Assembly (NCBI GenBank): GCA_002269645.1
Contig: NIVC01000690.1
Span: 372,001 to 436,000 of the forward strand
Direction: 5' to 3'
Length of the DNA stretch: 64,000 nt
Source: Macrostomum lignano
Taxonomy: Eukaryota
Below, piece after piece: positions 23,756 through 36,965 of this stretch; positions within the stretch are counted from its first letter, which is position 1, and every line of letters starts with the position of its first letter. Under the pieces are notes generated by a model, which searched no databases, was not told the origin of the DNA, and was given only the letters and a program-made list of their open reading frames with translations. The translations under genes and the position numbers were made by a program.

Positions 23756-25039
23756 GACACGCACAATGCATGTGCAGTGCTGCATTTTCTAGGTGAGGAA
23801 ATTCCTACATTTACCTGGCTGCTGTCAAATACATATAACTAATTAGGCGATTTAAAGCTTGAAATATTGTCGCTTTTCACTTAAGTCCCTAAGGTGTGTC
23901 TCGCAAAAAGTTCAGATGAAGATGAGTGCTGTATGTTGTTGCTAGCCAGAAGAAAGCTTCTGAAATGGTTTGTCGAAACGGTGGCATCTAAAATTTGCAA
24001 AATCAGTTAAAGACGGTCGCGTTACAAAGGCGCATCTCATAGTTAAAACTGAGTTGATAAGAGAGTCAGGTAGTAAACAGAGTCGATAATTTCGATATTT
24101 TTAAAGCACTAGAGATCATACACGCGAGGTTGCATACGCCAATAAAGTCGTTCGGTCGTTCGGCTGACGATCTGTTCGAATTTGATTTGTAAAGTATGAT
24201 TTTATTTACGAGTATTATTAAATTGGTGCCAGCGAGTGCAAAAATTTTGTCACCCTTTGATGCAGGAATGAAGTTTTTTTCTTTGAGTGCCGCAGATTGA
24301 ACGAATTGCTATTCCTGCTCCAATATTGTTTTATAACCATCTATTCTCGCAATTTCCCGTTGCGATGTTGATGTCTAATTATAGGCGAAAATTTTCAGCA
24401 ATCATCAAGGAAACTTTAATCAAGTTCAAAGGAAAATCGGCTATTTGAGGTGGGGCCTCAGTCTGGACAGCTCATGTACAAAGACGTACACTTGATTTTC
24501 TTATAAATCAGCTCGAAGCCGGTAGTTAAGGAACGGATAGTTAAACCTACAAATGCGACGGTTCATGCGTACTTCATGGGAGCTCTTTCTTTACCAGTGG
24601 AATGGTTGCCAAAATTGCTAAAACTCACAGAAAAATAAAGTCCTGTGTTAATTTGAAACAAGGTCTGACAACTGAGCTAGAAGCGAGAAGAAGTGTTTTT
24701 AAATTGAAACTGAACTGAAACCGAAAATTAAAGGCCCCGGCGCCTCCGGTGTCCAGGTAATAGGTCATTCGGGCATGAGCCTGAACATCCAGCTATGTAT
24801 ACTGTTTGATGGCTGGATGAATTTCCCGTGACGCCTGCGTCATCGTGTCATCGTTTTAATGCTGAAAATTGAATACTGAAGCACTCCCCTCGCACTCACA
24901 AGGAGATCAGGGCAACCTACAGGATGGACAAGCTGCCCTATCCATCCTTCTTCTCCTGTAAAAAAAGTATTATCTTTGTCTACTCTAATTCTATGCCTAT
25001 GGTAGAAAGGGCTCTGTGTAAAATCTATAGATTAAAAAT

Positions 25040-25920
25040 GATCTAAGGACAACTTGATAACTCAGGACCGGAAACGAGCCAATTCATGGCGAAGAAAGTA
25101 CGAGTATGACGCTCGTTTAAAAGCATTGTTCTATGGCCCATCCGTATGCACATGCTTTCAGTTGCGTATCATATTTGACTTTCTGATAGGCAGTCAGAAG
25201 GCGGGTGCAGGGTCGGTTTTCTAAAATGTTGAATAGTTTTATTACATAAATTAAACGTCGTGAAAATACACAATGGGAAAGCTGTACATGCAGCACATGT
25301 ATAAGGAAACTCGAGAAAAATTTACGATTCTTTCTTCATCTGAACTACAAACAGAGAGGAAAATAACAGTCACAGAACGGGTCAAGAGCTGACTATGATA
25401 AACAACTACAAAATTGTTAATGAATTAATGTGGCCAGGCTAAATCTGATTCACAAAGCACATTTGAAGAAAGTCTTACCGTCAGTTGATTATGCAGAGAC
25501 AGTCGCCAAGCCTCTCGTTCAGTTGCATCTTTAGGAAACGAAAATACTGCAACATTCCGATCACGGTTACTATTGTAGTTTGCACAACAGAAAATGACGC
25601 TGCATTTTCTCGGCATGATATTTAGTTTCAGCAAGAAAAAAGTTCTCTCTCTCAATTGCAATTGCATGCGAAGAACTCAACTTTCAGCTCAGATTGCTTC
25701 GCTTTCGTAGCTTTGGATGGGCCATAAAACAATGGATAAATAATCAGCGGTCCCAGTGCGTGACAACGATTGTCTGGCGAGCGCCGGTAGATGATCGTCA
25801 GATGGTCGTCGGTTTGATGATCGTCAAATTGCTAAACAATGCTTTTAAACGAGCCTTATAAATTTTTTCGCCATGAATTGGCTCGTTTCCGGTCCTAAGT
25901 TATCAAGTTGTCCTTAGATC
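25040..25920. mobile_element. TIR element retaining only a THAP zinc-finger ORF
   Basis: 54-bp TIRs with one mismatch (25040-25093 / 25867-25920); no TSD recognised. Confidence 0.85.
25425..25616 (-). pseudogene. Truncated THAP domain ORF
   Basis: MPRKCSVIFC...FSFPKD...W...LCESDL: C, C, P, W and C conserved; final His not in the canonical place; stop follows. Confidence 0.7.
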
Positions 25921-26399
25921 GTACTGCTGGTGGTGCATAAAGTATGCTCTCAGGAAGACCAGCGCTGAATGCAGTTTTGACATAGACAAATTTTGTCCAG
26001 AAAAAGCTGCTCTAGAAAAATCCGATTTCTCTAAACGACAAAAAATACTCGTACGATAAATATTCGTTCCGAAAATTTGACAGCTTGCTCAATACGGAGT
26101 TAAACGTCTAGAGGTTTTAAAACACTAGCACGTGAGGCTTGTAAATGTACATCACATTCTCATCTTATATGATTCTCTGGCTGGAGGCGGGACGAAATAC
26201 AAGGGCTCCAGTGGATTCAGCTAAGGAACTTCAGAAGGGCGCCAAAACTTCGGCGGGAATGGTAGGAAACTGGCCTGTGAAATGAATCTCGATCTCCTGC
26301 TCCCGCATCAGTTATCCCGCATCGATTACCTACACGAGGTCAGTTACATGTATAGGTTTCTTAAACTGGAACTCACTTTTCTCTGATGCGCCTGACGCT

Positions 26400-27050
26400 G
26401 CCGCCGGAGATGCCGTTGCCGGCAGAGGAGAGCTTCAGCCTAGCACCAGTCCACCAGTCAGCACAGCCGACTTTGTGAGGCTCGCCCAACAGTCACCGGG
26501 CGGGAAAGCGCAGGGTCTGGACGAGGTGCCCATCGAGGCGCTGCGCATCCACTGTGTGGCCAGTGAGGTCGCCAGAGTGATGAATTGCGTGCTCTTCGGT
26601 GAGGAGGCACCCAACGAATGGACCACGGCGCACATCGTCGCAGTTCCTAAGAAGCGGGGCACCACGAGGCTTGAAGACCATCGAGGCATCTGCCTTCAGC
26701 CCTGCGATGCGAAGTTGTTTAGCCGGATGCTGTTATCGCGGTTGCAACTAGTGCTGGATCCGTACCTGCGCCCTGAGCTGAACGGCTTCCGGCCCCATCG
26801 CGGCACAGTGACGCAGATACTGACTCTTCGCCGGGTCATCGAGGAGGCGCGGACACACCAATCCATCCTGATTGTTATCTTCACAGATTTCAAGAGGCAT
26901 TCGACTCGGTCGTCAGGTCTGTGCTCCCAAAGGTGCTCCGTGCGTACAACGTGCCAGAGCAGCTGAGTTCCGCCATCATGGCCATGTACCGCAATACGAA
27001 AGCTGCTGTTTCAACCGGACGGCCTGTCGGATTTCTTTGAGACATCCTCT
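26400..27050 (+). mobile_element. Non-LTR retrotransposon (RTE-like) reverse transcriptase fragment
   Basis: KAQGLDEVP, IVAVPKK, HRGICL, NGFRPHRG, FTDFK then frameshift to AFDSV; truncated on both sides. Confidence 0.9.
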
Positions 27051-27905
27051 CAATGGTTTTTCACACATAACTTTTGAATGAATGGACCAAAATACACGCG
27101 ACTGAGTTCATTGGAAAGAAGAGATGTGCCGCTTGAAAATGACAGCAAAGTTGTGCTTGCAGCTGCTATTGTTTTTGCTCTGGGATTAAAAGTGTCAAAA
27201 CTTTCCGAACACCCCTTGTATTTTGTTTTATACATGTGCACAGCCTGTATGTCTCAGGAGACAACGGAATGGGCAAAATTGAATCAGCGTTGTCTAGATG
27301 ACGATGTCTTCGAAGACAACTTAATACTTCTGCAGTTCTTATTACTACAATTATTATATTATTAATAATATTAGTATCAGTACTATCCCGCTCCTCATGA
27401 AAAGCAGTAACGCAATAAATGTAGCAGCAAGGTGTGAACATAGATTGAGGGCTAAGAATAAAGGGTTGAGTCGACTCTCAAGTTGCATCTGGAAGCCACA
27501 GCTTGTCTTTATTGTTCCAGAAATTTTCAGGAATTTCAACTTACATGTGTACAAAACATGGTTATTCAACTTTTTCTCGATGTTTTCTAAAATTTGCATA
27601 GCTATCCAATATTTCAGGTTGTTTTATAATTGAATTCTTTTTAACCCCTGTCATGAAATTAAATAAAAAACTAATAATATAGTCACACACTGACTATAAA
27701 CATTTAGGAAAGCTTTGTTATTAGATTGTCGGTAAATATTAGGTTGATACAAAGGTTTATTGCAAAACTTCGGAAAGAGGATCTATCTAAGACAATTTTA
27801 ATCCAATTGTGTTGCACGTACTGCATTTGGTGACAGAGACGGATATGCTTTCAGTCATTAGATCAAACAGTATCCAAGCATTTTACTTGGAGAAATTTTC
27901 CGGCT

Positions 27906-30560
27906 TTAAAACAGCTCGTTAATTTGTTTCACGCTCAGCATGCCAGAGAAAATTCCAAACAGTTGAATTCGACCGTTCATAGGAGTGGTAAATGGCACAG
28001 ACGAGGGTCGCGAGCCCAGATAGACACATCGAATGTCATCTCCGTTAATGCCGTAGGTGCTGGCACTGGTTGACATCAAGGCCTCGTTTCGAACGCCGTT
28101 GACAACAAAGTAGCCATCAGTTCCGTTAACAGCTACAGCCAACCAGTTAGCGAGGTCAGAAACCACAGCTCGTTGCGGTCGGTGCGGTCGCTCATGCCGC
28201 CATTGTACACAGAGGAGTTACCGCAGTTGGCAAACAGCAGGATCTGCGACCGGTAAGTGCAGGTTCAGCCGAGTGTAGCCGATCACAAACGTCATGGGAG
28301 CTTGAGTTCTGAATTGTGAATTTTGTAATATTAGGCATAGGCGCTTGCAGGGGCGTCGCAATGGATTTTATGGTGGGGGGGGCCAAAGCCAAGAATTCCA
28401 CATGTACATATACATTATTTTCAGAATCGGTGTTGTCAGCGCTCATTTTGGCGCTGCAGGCACTCATTTTAGCGCTGCAGGCACTCATTTTAGCGTCGTA
28501 GGCACTCATTTTGGCGCCGCAGGCACTCATTTTGGCGCCACAGGCACTCATTTTGGCGCCGCAGGCACTCATTTTGGCGCCGCAGGCACTCATTTTAGCG
28601 CCGCACCCTTTTTTGCACCACAGGCACTCATTTTGGCGCCGCAGGCACTCATTTTGGCGCAGCAGGCACTCATTTTAGCGCCGCAGGCACTCATTTTAGC
28701 GCCGCACCCTTTTTTGCACCACAGGCACTCATTTTGGCGCCGCAGGCACTCATTTTGGCGCAGCAGGCACTCATTTTGGCGCCGCAGGCACTCATTTTGG
28801 CGCAGCAGGCACTCATTTTAGCGCCGCAGGCACTCATTTTAGCGCCGCACCCTTTTTTGCACCACAGGCACTCATTTTGGCGCAGCAGGCATTCATTTTA
28901 GCGCCGCAGACACTCATTTTGGCGCCGCAGGCACTCATTTTGGCGCCTCAGGCACTCATTTTAGCGCCGCACCCTTTTTTGCACCACAGGCACTCATTTT
29001 GGCGCAGCAGGCACTCATTTTGGCGCCGCAGGCACTCATTTTAGAGCCGCAGGCACTCATTTTAGCGCCGCAAGCACTTGTTTTAGCGCCACAGGCATTC
29101 ATTTTGGCGCTGCAGGCACTCATTTTATTGATTTTCATAACGGGTCCCAAGGTTGGGTTGCCCCCCATAGCTTTTACTCCCCCCCCCGGTGGCGACGCCC
29201 CTGGATGCATGCGGATTTTAGGTTATTATGCTAGTTATGACGCACAGAATTTTCATTCAACCTATCGAATGCGACTGTTGAGCTGGAATCCGCTTAGATC
29301 AATCCTTACAAAATCCGAATATCCTTGCAGCACCTGAAATCCAATGTCGAAAACTTCGATCCGATTTGGGTTGCTCCTCACAGCGGGCATGATGATGGTC
29401 TTGTTAATCAGATTGAGCCAACTTGAGTTAAACGTATAGAAGGCTAAGGCCGAGCTCGCCCAGCTGCGTAGCTTGTGCTGAATGACGCAGCGATTGTCGC
29501 TTAGCAACCTGCTGTTCAGGTAACGACTAATTGTCCGCCCTCGAAGCAGCCGGTCGAGTTGAAAATAAAAAACTCGCAGCTTGGCCGGCCGAGGCAGGAA
29601 ACGGCGCAGATGTCATGCTGCAGCGGCTGCGCCCAGGAGGCGTTTCGGACAGGCGGCACATTGCTGATGATCAAGTCGGTGCAAAGACTCTCCTCGACAA
29701 AATGCGCAGTCCAGAGTGTCGACACTGCGATGGGTCGGGCTGTTGAGGATCCGCTGGAACCGAATAGCTCGGAGGCTTGAACCGGCACACAGCGCGTCGG
29801 CATTAGGCTTTCTGGAATTGTCGAGTTCAGCTTGACGAACTCAAATTCGTGAACGTGCTGCAGCGACTCAGTGCAGTGCGTATTGCAGAGAGTGTTTTTT
29901 AAGGTCGCTGTTCGACCGAATCCACAACAAGAACGTCACCGCTGAACAGTTTGCTCCGGGACAGTGGGCTGAATTTTAAAACTTTATCCAGGGTGCAATG
30001 AAGCTACTATAGAGACTCAAGCATCAAACAAGCTTAAGGATAATGGTCGGATCGTGAGGCAAATACAGATACGGAATCGAAGATTCTTTCCACTAAACGA
30101 ATTACAATACAAAGTAGACGTCAAACAAATTGATAGAAATAGTAAGTTGAGACACGTATACATTTTATATTGATGTCGCTCAAACTCATCAATTCCACAA
30201 AAAACTTCCGTAGCATAAATGTTACTCACTGTCAATAATTTTGTGTTTCTTATCAATTTTCAGTTTCGTATCGCAGTCTTCGGTAGAATTGTAAACAGGG
30301 GCGCTATCAGCCGACTCAGTGCTGACCAGTTTGCAGACTGGCGACGGCAGTTGAAGGCTGCTCGCAGCGCAACTGCCGTAGAGGCTGCAGTGCTTGGCAC
30401 AGTCCAGCGGGCTCGTCATCAGTGTCCCGCTCTGATCACCTAGTCCAGTAAAAGCAGACGTTGAGCTGCTCAAATTGACTGCAGTTCGACAGAGGCAGAG
30501 ACTGTGCTGTTGCGGGCAGTTAGTGGCAGCTTAGTAGAGCAAGCGCCAGATGGACATGCA
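27906..30560 (-). pseudogene. Frame-disrupted gene for a PAN/Apple plus ConA-like (LamG/pentraxin) extracellular protein
   Basis: PLDCAKHCSLYGSC...CKL and CAVSCLGRPSCEFFIF (PAN-like); NWLAVAVNGTDGYFVVNG...YLG...NGRIQLFGIF (LamG-like); several frame switches and stops; interrupted by a MITE. Confidence 0.45.
28348..29203 (+). mobile_element. hAT-type MITE, family copy 3, with expanded internal 21-bp array (GCAGGCACTCATTTTGGCGCC)
   Basis: Ends CAGGGGCGTCGC...GCGACGCCCCTG; flanks GGCGCTTG / GATGCATG match only 5 of 8. Confidence 0.85.
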
Positions 30561-31124
30561 GCCATTGTGCAGATGTCCAGGTTGGCAATTCGATTCATGC
30601 TATGCTATCTGAATTTTTGCCTACAGCAATAAGGTCCTCGATGGTATATTGAAATTCTGTCTTACTATCCCTATTACAATGGGTATAAGTAAGACAGAAT
30701 CTGCTGACCCAGCTGCCTGGCAACCAATTATTTTTGGAGAAGCCTATAGCTGCATCCTTCTATAACTCTGTGCTCCCTTTTCATCGGCTTTGTTTTAACT
30801 GATTGAATTAGTAAATACACTGCATGCATTGTTTAAACGATTAACTGTCTAGGAAAGCTTCGTTTCGCTTGTTACGGGTTGAATGAAGCACGTAAACGCA
30901 AGTTCCCTTTTGCTTTACAAACTGCATGGTTTTTAAAAATAAAAACTCGTTCAAAGTCCATCAAAGGCCCTACTTGAATAAGCTGCTGAAAAAGCCAGAC
31001 AACATACACACCAGGTTATATTCTTTAAGTTTGTTGAGCCGAAACGCGGAAGCAATCTCCGAAGGAAAAAGCTTTTACGAACGGCTCTGAATAGCTGTTT
31101 CTGCAGGATGTTCGGTGACTGTTT

Positions 31125-31343
31125 TGTTCTGTTCTGTCCTGTTCTGTCCTGCAGTGTTCTGTTCTGTTCTGTTCTGTTCTGTTCTGTTCTGTTCTGTTCT
31201 GTTCTGTTCTGTTCTGTTCTGTTCTGTTCTGTTCTGTTCTGTTCTGTTCTGTTCTGTTCTGTTCTGTTCTGTTCTGTTCTGTTCTGTTCTGTTCTGTTCT
31301 GTTCTGTTCTGTTCTGTTCTGTTCTGTTCTGTTCTGTTCTGTT
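31125..31343. repeat. (GTTCT)n pentanucleotide microsatellite
   Basis: Perfect run about 31157-31343. Confidence 0.98.
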
Positions 31344-33486
31344 GTCTTAAGTTGTTGTGTTTTGAGAGGACCTTTTTGATGAGGACATGAGCTTATCTAG
31401 TGTGAAGTTAGCCAGGTAACTTTATGCTTTTGTCTTCTGGCACTCCTGTGTCTTTTTTCCTGTTTTGGATTTTATCCCTCTGTGAATTCAAAGTATTTTA
31501 CAGTTAAGAAATTGATCATATTTGAGACTGCCAGCTCAAAGGAAAAGGGGCGCCATCGTCGCCAGTCGTCGTCGCCCCCCCCCCCCTTAAATCCGCCCCT
31601 GATCACACTACACGCCATACTTTTATAGCGATTGCGTGCAGTGAATCCACTAGTCTATTTCTAGTGTGGGTATTATAACCGAAGATGTGAACTGTTGCGT
31701 ACATGCATAAGAAAAAGTATATTGCTGCGCACGTTAGAAATGTCGCTGCATGCGTGTACTAATAGCTACATTTACATAATTCTAATAAGATAAATTGATT
31801 AAACAATGACTACGCTACTTATAAAGCATGCATGATCTCTATATTTATGTATAACCCTTATATATACCTATAAATCTGCCTGTCATCGTAAATATTAATT
31901 TAGTGTACTCAAAAATTAATAAAACACACGTATTATACATTTTAAATGTACATGCTCTAGTATAGTTGCTCCAGAAAAGATTCAGATTAATTGCAACCAA
32001 TTAATTATAAGCCTGCATGATTACTGCACCAAAGACAAATTAAAAATTGTAATTATCTGTAACAAAGCCAAACCAAATTAATAATTTCTCGAAGCTCCAG
32101 TATAGGTGATAACCCATGGACATGCAACTACCGGAATATATACCTTATACTATAGCTTTGTAGCTATCAAGCCATAGCTTCTACATGTAGTGTCAAATCA
32201 GAAGACAGTTTCTGCAGTTTATGGAGCGGAATATATTCTGTGTGGAACTATTAAGGATACGATACATTTTTACTTGATTAGCAGAGAAGTTGTAATCCAA
32301 ACCCTCTTTAGGACACCCCTGATTCGTTATTTTTTGCAACAAACGCCGGTTTTATACCGGGCTTTTTATAACTGTTAAAAACAAATTTAAACGATTCTAG
32401 AGCATGCAAAATACAGTTAGTCTCTTTAAATTATAAAAAACAAGTTCAATTCATAAAACATAACATTAACGGTTCTTATTACTTATCATGTTAAGTATTA
32501 AAGTTACAGTAATCATAGACGCGGAGACCAAATTTAAATGTCTACTTTAGTTAGAAATTTCCAAACCAAAACCGCAGCGCGGTACAGGTGATCCAGATGG
32601 ATTCTTTTGGACTCGGAGATTTATGATGCTAAATTGTATAACAAATTAAACGATTGTTGTTGCATACATTTTAAGATAAAAGACGTTACCTAAATTTTCA
32701 ATTCTTTTTTTCTATACCAGATTCGATTGATAATTTATAACTTTTTGTAGCTTTGCCTTTTTGCTGTCTGTAAGACTGTAGCTATTTTGGTCCTGAGCTG
32801 AAAGTTTAGTAGGCCAAACCCTGGTCAACATAGTAGCACTAGCCTATAATTTTCTTTGAATTTGTTTAAATACTATTCAGCTACTATTGGTAAAAGTCTT
32901 GGCTTCATTTGAAAAGTTCATAGGCAAAATACCAAAAGCATACATCTTGTAGCTATGAAAATTGAAATGCACTTACAATAAATGTACTTGCGAAATTTAT
33001 AACCATTACACTATAAACCTAAATAAAGTAATAAAATGTAATAACGCTATCTTTTTTTACTTTTTATTGAAGTTTTTTATTCATATAATTAAAAATACTT
33101 TTAGATTTTCAAATTGTTTCAAGCCTTTTGCTTAGTGTTTAGCATTAATATTAAAAATATTATAGTTCAATTTTAAGCAAAAATAAGTAAAAGTTGCTGC
33201 CTCTATTGTATTAGATACTTGACATATTAAAGTGTATAAAAATCAACTATATAGAGTAAATTTTTTCTTCCTAAAATTAAACAACAGTTTTATTTAATTT
33301 ATTTAAAACTAATTTAATAAATTTAACAAACAGTTTACAGAAATAAACCTTGCGGCTTTCAATCCAGATAAATTCATGTGTTTTTATAAATTAATTTTAC
33401 TGGCATTTCAGCTATGGTTGCTTAAAAGAAATTATCATATTGAAGCAAGACAAACCTTGGCAGACTGACTTCAAATCTGAGGCGTC

Positions 33487-33663
33487 ATGTCCCGAAGCGA
33501 GCTGTCATCTGCCTCGACCAAAGGTGGCGCGGTTCTGTCGAGCTACAAAGACCAATCAGCGGCTCAGATGATGAAAGACAGTCTCACCGAGAGGCTGAGT
33601 CACGACGTTGGCAGAAGCGGTGCGATGACTTCCGCTAATACCGAAGTTGCGCTTGGATTTAAG
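33487..33663 (+). CDS. DNAH14: Axonemal dynein heavy chain (DNAH14-like), exon 1
   Basis: ATG with in-frame TGA 6 nt upstream; donor AAG|GTATTC; joins the next exon in frame. No conserved motif in this exon. Confidence 0.65.
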
Positions 33664-33697
33664 GTATTCCGCTACTGTTTTTTGCTGCTTTAGTAGA

Positions 33698-33988
33698 GCT
33701 GTCATGTGGCTGTTCTGTCATGTAGCAGTTCTGTCATGTGGCTGTTCTGTCATGTGGCTGTTCTGTCATGCGGCTGTTCTGTCATGTGGCTGTTCTGTCA
33801 TGTGGCTGTTCTGTCATGTGGCTGTTCTGTCATGTGGCTGTTCTGTCATGTGGCTGTTCTGTCATGCGGCTGTTCTGTCATGCGGCTGTTCTGTCATGCG
33901 GCTGTTCTGTCATGTGGCTGTTCTGTCATGTGGCTGTTCTGTCATGTGGCTGTTCTGTCATGCGGCTGTTCTGTCATGCGGCTGTTCA
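33698..33988. repeat. 16-bp minisatellite (CTGTCATGTGGCTGTT), dynein intron 1
   Basis: Tandem units starting about 35 bp after the donor. Confidence 0.95.
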
Positions 33989-34120
33989 TTCAGCGGTTTT
34001 TCATGCACTCACTCTGCCATGTCGTCGCTCTATCGCGCATCCACAGCCCTATTCCACTAATAGTAAATCCACATCCACTAATAGTAAAGTGCTATATGTG
34101 CACTCAATTTCCTAACACAG

Positions 34121-34583
34121 ACCTTCAGCGCCAACGAGAACGTGCCAACCAGTTCTACGGCCGTCCGCACCGAGTTTTTCGCCCGGGACAATCATCAACG
34201 CAGGCTGCGGCAACACGAAGCCGCGACGGCTGTCAGGCCAGACGCTGCCTTGTCGGAGGCCGGCGCTGCGCCGCCATTTGCAGGCATCGGCAACTACCTG
34301 CCCAAGACTATGCCGCCAAGGCTGCCACCGCTTGAGAAGCCCGAGTGGATGCCCGCGTCCGTGTCCGCTGCTGTCGCCGCTGCCAGCGCTACCGCTGGCG
34401 AAGCTGACGTTCCAGAGTTAACGACGGTTGAACCGGAAGCTCCAAGAGTAGCTTTTGACGAACCGAAGCCAACATCAGCTTTACCAGTCGAACGTCGAAC
34501 TGCCGACCTTCGACCGGGGTCATCAACTGGACCGCAGAAGAGTCGACGACTGCTTTTAGAAGAGAAGAAATTCGACGATACTG
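34121..34583 (+). CDS. DNAH14: Dynein heavy chain exon 2
   Basis: CAG acceptor, GTAGGG donor, phase 0/1, open frame. Confidence 0.7.
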
Positions 34584-34862
34584 GTAGGGGGGTGGGGGTT
34601 GTTTACGAATGACGCATCGTAATAAACCGAATGATTTGGGCAGAGCAGCTCAGGGCTAAACATGTCTGTTCGATTCGGTGCGCGGCCACATTCCTTTGGG
34701 TCTTGTGTGTGATGGACAAATTCGCCCAAATGGGGGGGGGGTTGTCGTGCGATTCACAGCCATGAAGGCCAACCCCCAGGTCACAGTCACAATCATTTAC
34801 CCGAAGTAATTATCAAATAAGGCTTGTTTAATTTCCTTCTCGTTAAAAAAACTTCCAAACAG

Positions 34863-35326
34863 CCCCAGCCGATCGCGACATCCTCAGCAACATCATCCGC
34901 CTTCGCCAGCGGCTCAACTGGCGTACCGAGGTGCCGCGGCCCAGCCCGCTGGCTCGCCGTCAGATGACTCGAGTGCTGCAGCGCGAAGCTCGAGTAGCCG
35001 GCATCGACGTCTCAGAGTTTCTGCTCGCTCCTAGCAGCGGCACCGCGGACGCCAGCGTTCAAGGAGGCGTCGTCCAGGCTGAGCTGACGGACGCCTCTGG
35101 TGGTCTCAAAGCTGGCGGCGGCCTGCACGCGTTTGAGGAGACGATGGAGAGAGTTCAAGCCCGGGCTCTGTCGCGTCAGGATGACGGCGAGTTTGTCTAC
35201 TGCCTGTTGGAGTCGCGTGGCCAACGGTGCCCCCGGTACACGCCCTACAATATTGAGGTCGTGTCAGCATACGAGGCGAAACAGTCAGCAGTGTACTGGA
35301 CAGTGTCCGCCTCTTTTGTAACTAGG
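34863..35326 (+). CDS. DNAH14: Dynein heavy chain exon 3
   Basis: EFVYCL...YTPYNIEVVS...YWTVSASFVT; phase 1/0. Confidence 0.85.
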
Positions 35327-35489
35327 GTGAGTGCATGGACAGTCGTTTAACGTGGGTACCTCATTATGTGCAACTGCAGGTAGAGAAGTCAGGTTTTTAT
35401 CGGCTGAAAACCCCACTATGCGTTCTCTAGAGCATGCTAAAATGCTTTTAGCAATACGACAAATCTATTTACTGGGAGTTGAAGTGTCA

Positions 35490-35820
35490 AATCAGCATCT
35501 AGACAACATCTAATTGTGAGTTTAAGCGTCAAATATGAGCCTCTAGACAACATCTAATTGGGAGTTTAAGCTTCAAATATGAGCATCTAGACAACATCTG
35601 ATTGGGTGTTTAAGCGTCAAATATGAGCATCTAGACAACATCTAATTGGGAGTTTAAGCTTCAAATATGAGCATCTAGACAACATCTGATTGGGTGTTTA
35701 AACGTCAAATATGAGCATCTAGACAACATCTAATTGGGAGTTTAAGCGTCAAATATGAGCATCTATACAAAATCTAATTGGGAGTTTAAGCGTCAAATAT
35801 GAGCATCTAGACAACACCTA
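35490..35820. repeat. 44-bp minisatellite (CTAGACAACATCTAATTGGGAGTTTAAGCGTCAAATATGAGCAT), dynein intron 3
   Basis: Tandem units. Confidence 0.9.
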
Positions 35821-35907
35821 CTAATATATGTTCAATCACGCAACACATACCCAGGTTAATCAAGCAACCATAGGTAACTCGCACGACTTTGAAAAACTTT
35901 GTTTCAG

Positions 35908-36086
35908 TTCGAGAAGCTCGACAAAAATAACCAAGAGGTCTCCAGCATGCCAACTGTGCTGTGGCTATTCGAACGCAATCTGTGCCAAGCTATTGGCGAA
36001 ATTCGAACTTTTCGTCAATTTCGTCTTTGGAAAGCGTTCAAAGTTTGGCGCTGCAACGTTCTGGCCGCTAAGCAGCAGAGGAACTC
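35908..36086 (+). CDS. DNAH14: Dynein heavy chain exon 4
   Basis: LWLFER...FRQFRLWKAFKVWR, typical of single-headed dynein N-termini; phase 0/2. Confidence 0.88.
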
Positions 36087-36714
36087 GTGAGTAGCTTGTG
36101 GTCTATTGTGGGGATTACTGCCATTTAGATATCCATCAAATATAATTGAGAAATCTCTAGTGACAAGTAGTACAAGCAGGTTTTGCATTGCATTTTTTAT
36201 GTATATGTATAGATATGAACTTTTGATAAGAATTCAACGTGCTTTTCAATAAAAGCTATCAATATTTCTAAGAAATGGAAGTTTAAACGCTTTAAATCAA
36301 TTTTTCATGTAAACATATATGATATATGACCCACAATACCTCAGAACCGATTTTATTGAAATTTGCGCGAAATTCTACTTACAGTAGAAAGAATAGGAAC
36401 GTTGATTTTGTATACTAATTGAGCTAATCAAAGAGCGCATCTGCATGAAAGTTAATCTCTTGGTTCTAAAATTCGAATGCGCAACTCGCAGCCGCCGAGT
36501 TCGCTCGGCAGTCTGGTGGCGAACCTCCGAGTTCTCGAACTCCATGCACGGCTATCGGCACTTCAAACGGATCCATTCGGCCTTTCTGTGATCTAATTCT
36601 GACTCGGAGTTGATGTCACGGAATTCACTTTAACAATCTTTTAATAAGAAAACTTTCAAGGTTGAAAAATTTAAGGTTGAAAACTTACATTCTTAAGGAT
36701 AGAAATGATAGATC

Positions 36715-36965
36715 AATACGTTTAGAAAGAATAGATTATTAGGGATAGAAGGGATAGATTATTAGAAATAGAACTTTTAGATTATTAGGTATAAAAAGGA
36801 TGAATTATCTGGTATAGAAACGATGAATTATTAGAGATAGAAAATTTGGATTATTAGGGATAGAAATGGTGGAATATTAGGGATAGAAAAGATAGATTAT
36901 TAGGGCAAAAAAGATAGCCTGTTAATTATAGAAAAGATCGATTATTAGGGATGGAAAAGAGATTA
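36715..36965. repeat. Degenerate repeat (GATTATTAGGGATAGAAA-like)
   Basis: Recurrent motif with many substitutions. Confidence 0.65.

Noticed and set aside
35855-35907. Alternative dynein exon 4 start at the CCAG acceptor (35854)
   Set aside because: Gives the non-conserved frame; the 35907 acceptor restores the conserved FRLWKAF frame.
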